64,000 bases of DNA from the human T2T-CHM13v2.0 reference genome, Homo sapiens: the NCBI RefSeq assembly GCF_009914755.1, contig NC_060929.1. One strand, written 5' to 3'. Positions within the stretch are counted from its first letter, which is position 1; each line of letters starts with the position of its first letter. The notes beneath the pieces are model-generated. The model was not told where the DNA came from. It saw only the letters and a list, made by a program, of their open reading frames with translations, and ran no database searches. Position numbers and translations under genes: made by a program. Shown one piece after another: positions 1-14,443 of this stretch.

Positions 1-260
1 AATATAAAGCATGCAGGCCAAGGTAGGAATGAATGAAGTTCAGTCATTCTATCAGTCAGTCCACAAGGATTGACCAGCTGTGGCCTGCATGTGCTAACTG
101 CTATGGCAGGTGCCGAAGAAGAAAATGTCACAGTCCTAGCTAACCCTAGCAGAGTATTGGTAAACAAAGCTACCACCTCTGGAATAACTAAGATGAAGCC
201 CCAAGGTTAAAGCATAAGGTGAAACATGAGGCTTGGAATAGCCAAGAAATAATAGTGATA

Positions 261-299
<39 letters not shown>
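261..299 (+). repeat. (ATG)13 microsatellite
   Basis: Perfect trinucleotide run read directly. Confidence 0.97.
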
Positions 300-807
300 G
301 CTAACAATTTGTAAGCATTTACCTAGTTCTAAGCATGGTACATGGACCATTTCATTTAGCCCCACAACAACTGTATGAGATTGATGTTATTATCATTCCC
401 ATTTCAAAGAAGAGACTGGGCCAAGGTCAGCAGCTTTAAGTGGAAAAGCTGGGATGTGAATCCAGATCTTTTTCTCTTCAAAAAATATGCTTCTTGGAAT
501 GCAGAACAAATATAGTTTGTTCAAATCCGTACTGTACTACTCACTATCTGATAATCTTAGGCATGTTATTTAACTTAACAGCATTAATTCATCTGGAAAA
601 TAAAATAAATCTTTGATAAAAAATTGAAAAAAAAATTAAAGAAAGAAAAGGAAGGTCATGCCCTTAACTACAATAGGTGAAGAGGATGGGGAATATTCCA
701 GCATCCCATCAGAATAGCAAAGGCTCTGTTTCTACTCTTCAGAACAGATGGGTTTGCCACCTCCTAAGGGAGCAAGTGCAGAAGCAAAGGCATTTGAAGA
801 ATGTGCT

Positions 808-871
808 CCACCACTACCGTCACCACCAGAACTGCTAACACCACCACCACTACCACCACCACCACCACCCA
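808..871 (+). repeat. Degenerate (CCA)n low-complexity tract
   Basis: ccaccactaccgtcaccacc...ccaccaccactaccaccaccaccaccacc. Confidence 0.85.
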
Positions 872-2284
872 CTTGCCCACTCGTAGTACTTGCTCTGCTC
901 CCCATAGATCAGGCTCCAGGGTGCCATTCACACGGCAATCATCAGTGACGGCCCAGAGCCAGAGGAGAGGCAATGGGCTAGATGTGATATCTCCTCTTAA
1001 ACTGAACACTGACTCAAGAGTTGAGTGTCACAGGAAGAGCAAGTGTCTGCTGGGCCCATCACCCCAGAGGTGATTGCTCCTTTATCCTTTATGCCTTTCC
1101 AGGAGATACAGAGTCTGCATAAATTATCTTTAATCCTAATGATTTGGCATCATGGAAAGTCATATGGCTTATTTGGTAAAAGGACCTTGAGGGTAAATAG
1201 GGCCTTGTAGAGCTGGGCTGGCAGCGTGCAATACCCTGATCCTAGTTTGAGCTCCATGAGGGAAGTACTTTGTTCTATTTGCTGTTGCAGTCACAGTACC
1301 AGGCCCACAAGTAGATAATAGAGCTACAAGAAGAACCAAGGTATGAACCTTGCCTTTAAGGTCTACTGGAGTGAGACAGACATGTAAACAGTCAATTTAA
1401 ATGCAGTGTAATGAAGCCTACGACTGGGGAAAGAAAGGGAAAGACACCTGACCCGTGCTTGGGACTCAGGAAAGGCATTCTAGAGTAAATGACACCTCAA
1501 CTGGGACTTTAAATGATTAAGAATTAGCCAGTTGAAAAAATAAAAGTGGTTTCAGAGCAGAGGAACAGCATGTGCAAAGGCTCTAAGGTAAGACAGAACT
1601 CAGAAATCAGAGGCAGAAAGGGAAACAATGAATCTGAAGAAGTTGGCAATGACCCTTAAGCCAAATTAAGGGATCTGGACTTTATCTTGGGGACAGTAGG
1701 GAGACTGCTAAAGAGTTCTGTATGGGAAAATGATATGATCATTTCAGAACTGGGCATTTTCAACGGTATCTTCCACACCACCCAAGAAAAACAGTGGGTC
1801 AGAAACCAATTGAACTTCTCTCAAAATTAAGTCTTTTGAGGCTCTTTCACTCTTTCAAGTTCTGAGTCATTTATGCAGTGGATATTGAAATGTCCCAAAA
1901 CAGGTTTATCCTTTTAAGAAGGATGAGAAGTCATTGAATTCTCTGTTGGCCCATATAGGAAGAAAGAGATAGTGCTTCTATTATGCCATAAAAATGACTG
2001 CAGCTTCCCTATGTCTTTCTCCAAGGATTCTTGAGCCCATTCAACCAAACTCAATTCTGTTCTTTGTGGTTTTTTTGTTTATTTTTGTTTTTGACCTTAA
2101 GACAAAATCATTTTCTCCTAAATAATTCAGTAAGCAATATATGGAAGTCGTTCTACTGCATTTTCTACTTAGACATATAATTTGATTATGGAATTAGTGA
2201 ATTAGTTGAAAGGGGTGAGGAAGAATTATGAAAGTTGTGAATGAGTAAAAAGGGGTGAGGGAGAATTGGAAAAGAAGGGACATT

Positions 2285-2828
2285 CATTTTCTATGCTGTG
2301 TAACAAATCATCACAAATTTAGAGGCATAAAACAACACACACTTATTATCTCACAGGTTCTGTGGGTCAGGAGTCTGACACAGCCCAGCTGAATCCTCTG
2401 CCATCAAGAGGTTGGTCAGGGTAGGATTCTTATCAGGAGGCTCGACTGAGGAAGGGTTCACTTCCAGGCTTGCTCAGGTTGTAGTCAGAACATTTCCTTG
2501 TGGCTGTAAAACTGAGAACCCAGGCTTCTTGCCTGCTGTTGGCTGGAAGCTTCCTTCAGCTCCTAGAGATTGTCCTCAGCTCTTTGCCATATGACCTCCT
2601 AACACAGCCACTTCTTCAAAGCCAGCAAGGGAGAGAGTGTCGAGCAAGACGGAATCTTATATAACATGAATTAATCATAGGGTAGTGATATCTCATCACC
2701 TTTTTTATGTTCCATTGATTAGAAACAAGCCACAGATCCCACCTATATTCAAGGAGAAGGAATTTCATGGGGGTAGGAGCACCTTTGGTCATGGTAGGAA
2801 TCATGGGGGCCACCTTAGAGTCTGTGTT
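2285..2828. mobile_element. MLT1-type MaLR solo LTR
   Basis: gctgtgtaacaaatcatcacaaatttagaggcataaaacaacac...ttattatctcacaggttctgtgggtcaggagt is typical of MLT1; ends approximate. Confidence 0.75.
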
Positions 2829-5800
2829 CCAAAGATGGATAGGAAAGGAAGGAAAAGAAGAGAGCAAGAAGAAAAGAAAAATGGAGGAGAAGAATGTATC
2901 TATGTATATATAGCATTTATTAACCATATATTATGAGCAAGGTACTGTGCCAGTTATCTTCACATGCATTTTATTATGTAATCTTTCTCCAAACCCCATG
3001 TGGTAGGTGTTAACTATTGTAACGACTTACAAAAGAAAACTAGAATTCAGAGACGTGAAGCAAGTTTCCTGAGGTCGTACAGTGCAAAAAGTAAAACTAG
3101 GAGTCACACTTGTTTCTGCTACACTCTATAGCCCAAGCTTTACCTACTACCCTGTAGTTTAAGAGAGGTGGGAGAAGGAGGAGAAAAGGAAAGAGATGGA
3201 GAAATGAGAGATAACAGAGCTTCCAAACATATGCAAAGTTGTTCCTAAAAGAGATGACAATCAATAAGGAAATCTGTAGGTCTACAATATATTGAATCGG
3301 TTTTCCCAAGAACCACCCAATTAAAAAAATAGAATCTAGAACTGAAGCCTGTGGGATCACAGATGAGTCTCATGTGTCTGAACTCTTTTCTGGCCCACCT
3401 GAGTTTCAGAACCTGGAACCAAACACTACAGCCAAGCTATGTCCAGAACCTTGGAGACACCTGGCTCATCCAGGCAGTGCCCTACACGCATGTTCTGCCA
3501 AGCTTCTGTGGGAGAACATCTGGGCCCAGGCAGCCAGGCCAGGGCCTGAGTTTGTTTTTCATGGCTCGTTTGCAATGTCCTGTTCTATTTCTGGACACTC
3601 CGTCCTTCCCAACTGACACTGGAGCTCAGTTTCCCAATAGCCAGTTTAACAAAATGGCTCCAAAAGTGCCACTCAGCACTAGTCATTGGAAACCAGAATT
3701 TTCCATCATTTACTCTAAGAAGGCTGGCTGAACATGGCACATCCCTGACTCCTGTCTTAGTTGGCCAAGTCTCTCATCTTAGAGGGGCAGCTGCAGACAT
3801 CACAGGAAGCCTCCTCATGCAGACACAAGGTGACTCACAGCAGTGAGAGGAAAGAAAGGTATTTGGATATCAGATCCCCCTTCCACCAAGTGAGGGAAGG
3901 CAGGTGTGCTAGTCCTAGCTCCCACCCCAGCTGTCTGCACTCTTTGACTTGATAACAGCCCCAGCTGGTTCCCTCTGTGCACTTCTGTCCATCTTTCCAG
4001 AGTGGGAGATGAGCAAGAATATCTGTGATCTTGGTGGTTCACAGTCAGCCCTGCTAGAGTCTAACCAAGCAATGAACCGTGTTGAGTTCAAACTTAACAC
4101 AGGACCACTGGACCCTTGGCAGAGAGCCAAAGGAAACAGAAGATGTTGAATCATTCCCCTACTGGGGCAGTGCCTAGCTGTGGAGCTGTAGGGCTGCAGA
4201 CAAATCCCTGCTCTGTGCCTCACATCCCTTATCTGTAAACTGGAGATAATTAGAGGCCCTGCCTCGTGGATTGTTGTAAGGCTTAGATGAGATAGTACAT
4301 TAAGACATGGTATCAATTGACCAATAAATGTTACTTACAGTAGGCACTCAATAAGAGATCAATGGTGTTGCCTCAAATACATCATTATACAGCTTGCATA
4401 AGATAATGACAGGTCACATACACACCAGTGAAGAACCTTCTTTTGTAACGAGGTGGGTTTTTAGTAAATATTTGTGGAACATTAATCGACTTAGAATATT
4501 GAACAACTACAATAGAGAAGCCACTTCACATAATGCTACATAAAGAGGAATAATTAACAAATGCAGGATATTGCAGGGGAAAGAGGCCAGGATTCGCCCT
4601 CAGACCCCACCACTTACATATCAGCTGTGTGACCTTAGGCAGGTTAGTTCACCTCCCTGAGCTTCCAGTTCTTCACCTGTAAAATGGTTGTAATACCTGC
4701 CTCATCAGCTGGTTGTAAGGATTGAGTGAGATACTGTATCTAAATGCACTTTAGCCCAGTTCTGGACCCACAACAAACTCAATAAATGATGACTTTTATT
4801 AGCTATTTTGCAGACTAATGGAATTAAGAAGGAAAAAAAAAAAAAGGTGGGGGGCGGGTTTTGGAAACGCACTTGCCTAAAGGCTAAAACACTGACTGCT
4901 TGGAAACCACCACGTAGTTTCACTCCCTAAATTGAAAGAAAGAATGCCTCATTCAAGTGCCTGATTAGGAATTTGAATAATCTAGTTCTAACTAGAAAAG
5001 TCAAGAAAAACGGAAGGTATTAGTCATTGACTGATAGAATATCTGAGCTGGATAGAATCCTAGACCATATTGACCAGAAGTGACTTAGCCACTGTCACAT
5101 AGTTAGCCCAGGCAAGACTAAAACATGATACAAAATCTTGCATGCCTAAGCCATCGATTAATAGCTGGGCTTACTAGCCAGTTATCCCCATGGTTCTCAG
5201 TTAAAGGTCATTTGACACCATATAGAGGTCACCCACTGTGTGGGCAAGTCCTGTTGTTTCGGTTAGAGCCTGTATAATAAGGCATGTTGGAAGAGGAAGT
5301 CCTTCTAAGACTTACTCATAAAGTACCCCCTTCCCAGAGTCTGGCTCATGCCCTTATTTGTCTATACACACTCTAGGCAAAGTAAGAAATTGTTGCAGTG
5401 AAATGCACTCATGTGCTCATGCCAGCTCATGACCTCAGCCAGTCCACACCTTCATCTCATTTACAGATGGGAAAACTGAAGCTTGGAGAAGGTTGCCTCG
5501 GCAGAGGCCAAGCAAGGGGAAACTGGGGCAAGAGCAATATCTTCTGATTCCTAGTCCAGGGCTCTTTTTCTTAGGCCCGACTACCTCCTGCACATGCTAA
5601 AACAAAAGACAAGACAAGGTAAGCTATTGTCGCTTATCATCTACACTTTGTTCTGACATATATGGTTACTATTTTTCCACAGACCATGAGGAAGGGAACT
5701 AACAGTCACTGAACACCAATCATATACTATTGATGCCTTGCTTACATTAATTCTCATCACATACAGTAATAAAAGCTAGTACCTATTGAGTACTTACTGT

Positions 5801-7529
5801 ATGCCAGGCACAGTTCTAGGGGCTTTACATATATCTGTACAAGGTACCCAGCCAAGGAGATACTCTGTAGGCTGAATTCAGCCTCTGCTTACCAAGCTCT
5901 GAAATGGGACCACATTAGCCCCATGGTAAGAGTGCCTTTTCATGTAACTCCTGTGCCCAAAAAGATGCCCTTTCCAAATGTACACAAAGACAGGTATGGA
6001 CATGTGGTGGGGGTCTTACAGTATCCCCATATGGCTGGTCCTATTACTATCAGCTTGCTGAGATGTCACAGCTAGTTTGTGGTAGAGGCAGGACTTGAAC
6101 CCAGGATTTGGCCCTTAGCTCACATTTAGCCTTCCCAAGAAGCAGCTTGAGATAGGCTCTAATGCTACATACACATATACCTCAAGAACAGACATTCTGA
6201 CTGCCTTGTTCCCTAACGTAGCTCCTGTATCTAGAACAGTTTTGGCACACACAGGCACTCAGTAAATTTTGTGGACTGATTGACCCCTGTTTCACAGATG
6301 CAGAAACTATGTGTCAAAGAAGTTAAATGACTTGCTTAAGGTCACACAGATAGAAAGTTTAGATGGGATTTGAAAGCAAATCACTGACTCTAAAACCCTT
6401 ATTCTTTCCAAATTAACATCCTGTCATTCATAAGCATTTATTGAGATTCTTACACACTAATTCTGTGCTCTGGAACATAGGGCCAGAAAGATTTGTAAGA
6501 TTTGGTTCCTACTCTCAAGAAACTGGGATTCCGATTATCTGCAAAAAATCATATTCCTGAAATCAGATTCCCTAAATGAAAGCAAGTCCATATGGTATAA
6601 GCCCTTGGTACATTTTAAGCCGAGGATACCTTTCCTACCTCCCAAACCTAAGATTATAAGAGTGGCCACCAGAGCCCTCACCCTGGTCTATTTCCTTCTA
6701 CAACACTGGCCAGCACATTCATAGAACCTGGTTGCAGAGATAAGTCAAATCACTGCAAACTTGGGATGGCCAACGCCCCATCCTAGCTTCTCTAGATTCC
6801 TTTGCAGGGATGTCCACAGGGTGCTTTTATATATGTCTTCATGCCCTCCTGCTTCGTCTACTCTTCATGCCCCATCTAAGTGTTTTTGAAAAATGAAATA
6901 CTTAAGTTAGAAAACCAGACTTAGCAAGTTGTACTTCCAAAAGCAGCAATCATTTCAGTAAATAAACATTTTCTGATTGAGAACATTAATTCAGGGTTTA
7001 CCTCATTTTCCTTCCTGGTTTTGTTTTCTACAATATTTAGGAGGCAGGAGTTAGTTAGGAGGGTGGTTTTAAGGAAAAAAAAAAAAAGAAAAAAAACACC
7101 TCTAAATTCATTAGTTGAATTCCACCAGACTGTGTGAACAATCTCATAATAATCCTACATCAATACGAGAGAAGTTGTAACTAGTTCACTTAGGGTAATT
7201 ATAGGGCAGGTTTCTGCCAGGTTTTAAAGATAGACTTTGAAATCTTCCTTTTTTTCATTTGCCTCCTGCTGTGTGTGGGGAGAGGCCCTGGCTCCTGGGA
7301 TATCTGCCAGAGCTAAATGGGGGCCAACTGGAGAAACAGGCACCAAGATTGGGTTCCTGTTTTCCTGTGCTCATACTTCTGGGAACACAGATATCCTACC
7401 AAATGGTCACCTGTGAAAAACTCAGGGCCTAGAATCTAAATTCTGTTGGAAAAGAACTGATTAAAGTCCTGGCCCTAAGTAAGATTATGGCAAGGTTTAT
7501 AGCACAAAATTTCTGATTTTGCGCTAGAA

Positions 7530-7719
7530 CAATAGTTCCCAAAGTGTGGTCCCCAGACCAGCAGGATTACCATCACCTGGGGGAACTGGCTAGAAACACA
7601 AATTCTTGGGCCCCACCCCAGACCTACTACAGAAGAAACTCTTGGGGTAGGGCCCAGCAATTTATTGCAACAAGCCCTCCAAGTGATTCCAATGCACCCT
7701 AAAAATCTGAGAATCAGTG
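7530..7719. mobile_element. MER5A-like hAT-Charlie MITE
   Basis: ttcccaaagtgtggtccccagaccagcag...gggccccaccccagacctact...tgagaatcagtg. Confidence 0.85.
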
Positions 7720-7895
7720 TCAAGGGACATGATGTTAAACAGCCTTTCCAGGAGATAAGAGTTACTTTTAAAGAGGGATTTGTTCAAACAAAGCATATCT
7801 ACAAATATCCAAACAAGACCTTTGGAATTAGCTAGAACTAGGCTCTGCCACTCACCAGCCATGGGGCCTCAGATAAGTTATCTTACTGCTCTAAG

Positions 7896-8085
7896 TAGTG
7901 GTGTGCTGGTAAATGTTTAACAAGCAGCTCTGTGGGGGAAATGGGTTCGCTCATTTTCATGGCAGAAATACCCCATCATGGCTACTTTCAAACTATCAAC
8001 ATGATGTCGGCCAACTCAAAAAACTTTTGAAAATTTAACAATTGGCTTTCACAAGCCCATGGAAGCTGGCTCCAGCACACCATTG
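7896..8085. mobile_element. MER63-like hAT MITE inserted into a MIR
   Basis: TIRs tagtggtgtgctgg / ccagcacaccattg; 8-bp TSD gctctaag / tctctaag; MIR-like sequence continues on both sides. Confidence 0.8.
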
Positions 8086-9478
8086 TCTCTAAGACTCAAT
8101 TTCCTTATCTGTCAAATGGATGAATAATAGCGTTTACCTCATAGGGATTGTTGGAAGGTTGAAGTGAGAAAATGATAGTGGACTTTTATTGAGTATTTAT
8201 ATCTATCCACCAGGCACTTACTATGCATTATTCACTGACTTCTCAAAACCATACAATAGGTACTGATATTCCTTCCATTTTATACATGAGGAAGTTGAGC
8301 TGAAGTAACTAGTCCAAAGTGATACAGTAGCAAGTGGGAGAACCTGAATTTATTCCAGAGCCCGTGAGGTGACAGAGACATTAGCCCAATGCTCAGCACG
8401 GGGCAATGCTCAGTAATTGGGAGCTATTATCATAAGATAAATAAACTTCTGAAACGTGCCCTACTTTGGAAGTAGGGATGAACAGTTTGTGTTGGATGAA
8501 ACCTCTCAGCCCCAGAAGACACATACATTTTCTTCTAGGAGAAAGGCCAGGGTACCTGATGGGAGGACCAGCTGTTGATTATTCATAGTAACAAACGACA
8601 AGAGTTGAAGCTAATTGACACCCACACGTAACGAGGCAGTTGTAAGTTCCTCCCCTCCCCAAATTAATTAGGTGTATGTTTTTCCAGGCTTTATCTTTGT
8701 GTACACATACACATATGTATTTTGTATTAGATCAGGGTGTACATATTTTTTTGCAAATTGCTTTTCTTTTTAACCTGAGACTAGATCATGAATCTTTCCC
8801 ATGACAGTCCACCCCAATCTATCTCATTCTCTCTAAAGCTGCTTAGCATTCCACAGTAGTTACTTGCTATCATTTATTTAATCCACAACAGAAGGATACT
8901 TAGGCTATTTCTAATTCTTCACTATTATAAATGATCCTGCACTTCACAATCTTTTACATAGATTCTAGCATATGTCTATGGGAGAAATTCCTAAAACTAG
9001 GATTTTTAGGATTTGTAAGGCAAAGAAAACACGTAATGTAAATCTTGACCAATGTACCTAGTTACTCCTCACTGTGAAATTTTAAGCTCCCAATATTCAA
9101 GGAAGGTGCCTTTTTGCCCATACTCTTACACCAACATTAGGATTACTCTGATGATTTGATTTTTCAAACTTATTATAAGTATTTCTAAATATAAAAATAG
9201 AGAAAATAATAATAATGAATGCTTATATACCTATCGCCCAGCCTCCACAATTATCAACATAAGGTCAATCTTATTGCATCTATATCCCATTCACTTCCTC
9301 CCCCTACTGGATGAAACTGAGGCAAAGTCCACACATCATACTCTTTCATTGGTAAATATGTCAGGAGCTGCCTCTAGAAAATGAAGATTCTATTTTTTAG
9401 CATAACCTCAACATCATTATCACATCTAAACATTTCTTGATGTCATCGCATATGCAGTCAGTGTCTAAATTTCCTCAA

Positions 9479-9787
9479 TTTTTTTTCTTTTTTCTTTTTT
9501 TGAGGCAGGGTCTTGCTTTGTCACCCAGGCTGGAGTGCAGTGGCATGATTATAGCTCACTGCAGCCTTGACTTCCTGAGCTCAGGTGATCCTCCCACCTC
9601 AGCCTCCCAATTAGCTAACACTACAAGCATATGCCACTACACCCAGCTAATTTTTTTGGCTATTTTTTGTAGAGACAGGGTCTCACCATGTTGCCCAGGC
9701 TGGTCTTGAATTCCTGGGTTTAAGTGATCCTCCCACCTGAGTCTCCCAAAGTACTGGAATTGCAGGCATGAGCCACTGCACCCAGAC
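9479..9787 (-). mobile_element. Alu (old, AluJ-like)
   Basis: Poly-T followed by reverse-complement Alu dimer. Confidence 0.95.
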
Positions 9788-10061
9788 AGTCTCATAATTT
9801 TTTGATGGTTTGTTTGAATCAGGATTCACCAAGATCCACACATTGCAGTTGGCTGATAAACTTCCTAAATCTCTTAAGCTCTAGGTTCCCCCACACGCAC
9901 ACCTCCTCTTCCTTTTTCCCATGCAGTTTATTTATTAGAGAGATTGGGTCATTTGCCTCGTAGTTTCCCACTTTCTGAGTTTTTCCTATTGCATCCCTGT
10001 GTTGTCATTTAACATGTTCACCAGTCTCTGTGTTTCTTGTAAGTGATAGTTAGATCTTGAA

Positions 10062-10268
10062 CTATGCTGTCTAACACAGTAGACACTAGCCACATGCAGC
10101 TCTTCAAATTTAAATAATTAAAAGTAAATAGAATTTGAAATTCAGTTCCTCAGTCACACTAGCACATGGCACATGTTCAATAACCACAGATGGGCAGTGG
10201 CTGCTGTATTGGACAGCATAGAATAGCACATTTCCACCATGGCAGATAGTTTTATTGAGCAGCAGTGC
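10062..10268. mobile_element. MER3-like hAT-Charlie element
   Basis: gctgtctaacacagtagacactagccacatg...ttcagttcctcagtcacactagc...gtattggacagc. Confidence 0.75.
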
Positions 10269-11490
10269 TTCTAGAGGCATCACAGGATCCTCTGATAATT
10301 GTTAAATTATTTTTTCTCATATGCACTCAAGAACAAAGCTGAACACCCTGAAATCTGCATTACTAGTCTATATTGCAGGCTTACATAATGTAAGGGAAGT
10401 AACTAATGTGTGGTAGACTCTACTTCTGCCTGTTTTAAGTGGCAGTGGCTGTGTTTACAGAAGATGATTAAGTATTTGCATGAGTGCCTCAGGTATGTAT
10501 GACATTCTGTGGTGACAAAAGGTCAGCAGCTCCCCAGCATGCAAAGCAGCCCGACCCTTTCCTAGCCTCCTAGGAGGAAAATTGAGGGAATTCATGCTAA
10601 TCCATAAGGCTCAGTCCTGCAGTGATTATAGGACATGCTGGTTCCAGGATATTCATAAACATTCATCCTCTCATCAAGATGCAGGTGCTCCTGGAGGCTT
10701 CTTCCTGACTATGTCTTTGTCTTGGCATGCATGTAATGAGCACATTTCATAGCACACCAAACAGGTTTCTCAGCTTGCTTCTGTGACACTTGGCAAAGCC
10801 GAGGATCCATGTCGAGAGGAGGCAAGCACTTGCACCCAGCCCACAGAGAAGTCTGGCTGACCATGCACTCTAGCAGGAGCCTCCCCTGGTTCTTGAAAAC
10901 CTTAACCAATCTATGAAGAAATTGATATTTGGGGGTTCTGGTAGGACATATTTGGAAACTTTGAAATTAGGAGACTATCATTCATGGATTCATTCCTTCT
11001 CACAATACTTATTGGGCCAGACACTGCACTAGGCACTGAGATCAGTGGTGGGCTGGGTAGAAGTTTCTGTCCTCACAAAGTTTACAGTCAGTGAAGGAGG
11101 CAGATAAATAAGCAAGCCACTTCAACACCACTGGTCAAATTCCACCATGAGAGCATGTGAGAGCATCATAAAAGCACATGGAAACCTGACCCTGACATGG
11201 ACATTCAGGAATGTGATATTTAAGCTGAGACCTAAAAGATAAGTAGCGATTGGGCAGGAGAGGGAGAGGGTGGAGTGTAGAAAGAATATTCTTAAGACCT
11301 ATTCTAGATCTTAAGAATTCTAGATCCACCAAATAGGCATAATAATACCCCGCAATGTCATGATTAGAGCCCAGTGACATAGCAGATGCAAAAGAATACA
11401 CTGTATCCTAAAATCCCAGTTGTAGAAAGGCAATGGTGCTAGCCAGAAGCAGTCTTTCACTCTGGAGCAAGTGTGAATTAGAGAGCTATG

Positions 11491-11679
11491 TAGTGGTGTT
11501 TTGGAGCCAGCTTCTACCAGCTCTTAGCAGGCAATAGGGCACATCTCTTCCCAACTTCACATTCAGCAATGTCTGTTGGTAGCCAAAATAGGAGTATTTA
11601 TACCAGGGAAATTGGCAAATGCTACAAACCAGAGCCTTTTTTTTTTTTTTTTTGAGAGCTGACTTACCAGCATTTACTG
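11491..11679. mobile_element. MER63-like hAT MITE
   Basis: Termini tagtggtgttttggagccagc / ttaccagcatttactg resemble the copy at 7896. Confidence 0.65.
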
Positions 11680-13263
11680 AGTGAGGGCGAAAACCAGCAT
11701 TTACTGAGTGAGGGTGAAAGCAATGAGAAGAGTAGAACCCCCCAGGCAGTAGTTATTAAGGAATGTCCACCCACAACAAAAACAAGAAAGTCTTTGGCAT
11801 TATTTTCAAAAGAGTGACCATATAACTCTTTCTGCCATTTGTAACAGGCCCACCCAAATCCTCAGGGATGAAAAGAGGAAGACTCCTTCATGCCAATTCA
11901 TTCCCAGACAAGCCAGATGAGTGTCAATGACACCCAGCTCATGGAAATGAGATTGGAGCCTCTCAGATCAACAGCTGCTGAGAGCTGCTTTCTTTGGCTC
12001 ATGAGGCCAGCGATAAATTGGGTTTCAATGTTCTGAATAGGCAGAAAAAGATACCTCCTTGCTCTCTCCTGTTCCCTTTGCTGGAGCTGCCAGCTGGCAC
12101 TTTTTGTCACTCATCATGGTTGCCTGCAGTGGTGATTATACACTCAGTACAGAGGGCATGTTGGAAAGAAAAAGTCTTCAATAAGCGAGAGTCTCCAAGG
12201 CAAGTACCCACTGGAAAAACTGGGATGTAGATATAGCTCAAGGCATGTTTTAAATAATGGAGCCTTTTTAAAGGATGGCCTAGAAAAATACTATATTTAT
12301 CTTTGGCTAGCATGCTTGGATACTCCCCAATCTTGGGGAAATAACTAGTTGGGTATGTTGGAGTTCTTTTGTTAAGAGTAGCATTGACTAAATACCAAAG
12401 TTTGGGTTGGGTTTAACTGGCATAGTGTGATTTAATATTCATTTATTGATTTACTCTTCCATTTGTTTGTTTAACAAATAAATGAGTGCTTACTAGATGC
12501 TACTAGAATATAAGTCCCATAAAGGCAGGTATTGTGTATGTCTCATTTATTGTAGGCACTCAGTACTTTTTTGTTGAATGAATGAGTAGACGTAGCAAGT
12601 ATAAAGATGAATAAGTCATACAGCCTGCTGCTACAGAGCTCACAATCTGGTGTGCAGACAGACAAGTAAAACAGCAGTTGCAACACAGGGTGATGAGTGT
12701 TATGATAGGGGAAGTATAGGGTGCAATGGCTTACAAAAGAGGAAGACCCAACCCAGGCTTTGGGGAAGGAGATAGGAAAGGCTTTCTGAAGATAAAGATA
12801 CAAAAGACTCAGCGAACAATGCCAAAGATATTGGCACCTATGTGGATAAAACCTTATGGAAAAGAGAACTGTCACTTATTCCGCCATATCTCATATTCCT
12901 AAGGAAGACTTTTGGCTCTATCTCAGAGTGAAAAATGATTGCAAATAACTTCTATAACTTACCCATCAGTGATCTTTCCCATTTCTTGGAGACTTTCAGG
13001 AGGTTTCCCTAAGTTCAGACTTTTTGTTGAAAGAAATGACCTTATGTCCAGTGGACAAATGGTGTGTGAGTCTTTAGCACCCCTCTGATGCACAGCCACT
13101 CGCTCCTTCCATGAAGTTCAGCTCTATAGGCAGGCAGGGCACTTCTTCTCCAAGGTCATGTCTATTTCACTTGGTATAAATGAGAAGAATGCTCTGAATT
13201 TTTATTTGAAAGAGGCAAACTTCAGATTTGCAGAAGGTCTTGGTGATTAAAAATCTTGGCTTC

Positions 13264-13631
<368 letters not shown>

Positions 13632-14059
13632 TCATGCTAGGCTTTTTCTTTTGGTATCACAAAATTAAACTGCAAATAAGTATAAATACGCACACACACA
13701 AACTTGTAAATCTTAAAAGATGGAGATTAATTAAGTAAACCACTTGAAATCAAGATGTAACTTTTTGACAATTGAGGACAAGCCCAGCTCCTTCAGATCT
13801 TCTCTTCAAGGTCATTCTCCCCAAGGGCCTGGGAGTATTTACAGTCACTTCATTCCTCACACGACAGCCTATCAGCTTGTGGCACCTTTACCTCACTGGC
13901 AATTTTGAGGAGGACCACATACACAAAAGTGGAGAGAATAATCAACTCTATAGAATAATGAAAAGCAGAGAATGTAATGAACTGCCTTCTACCCATGACT
14001 AAAGTTTCAACAGTTATTACCATTTTGCCAATTTGGTTTCATCTCACCTGTCACCTCTA

Positions 14060-14443
<384 letters not shown>

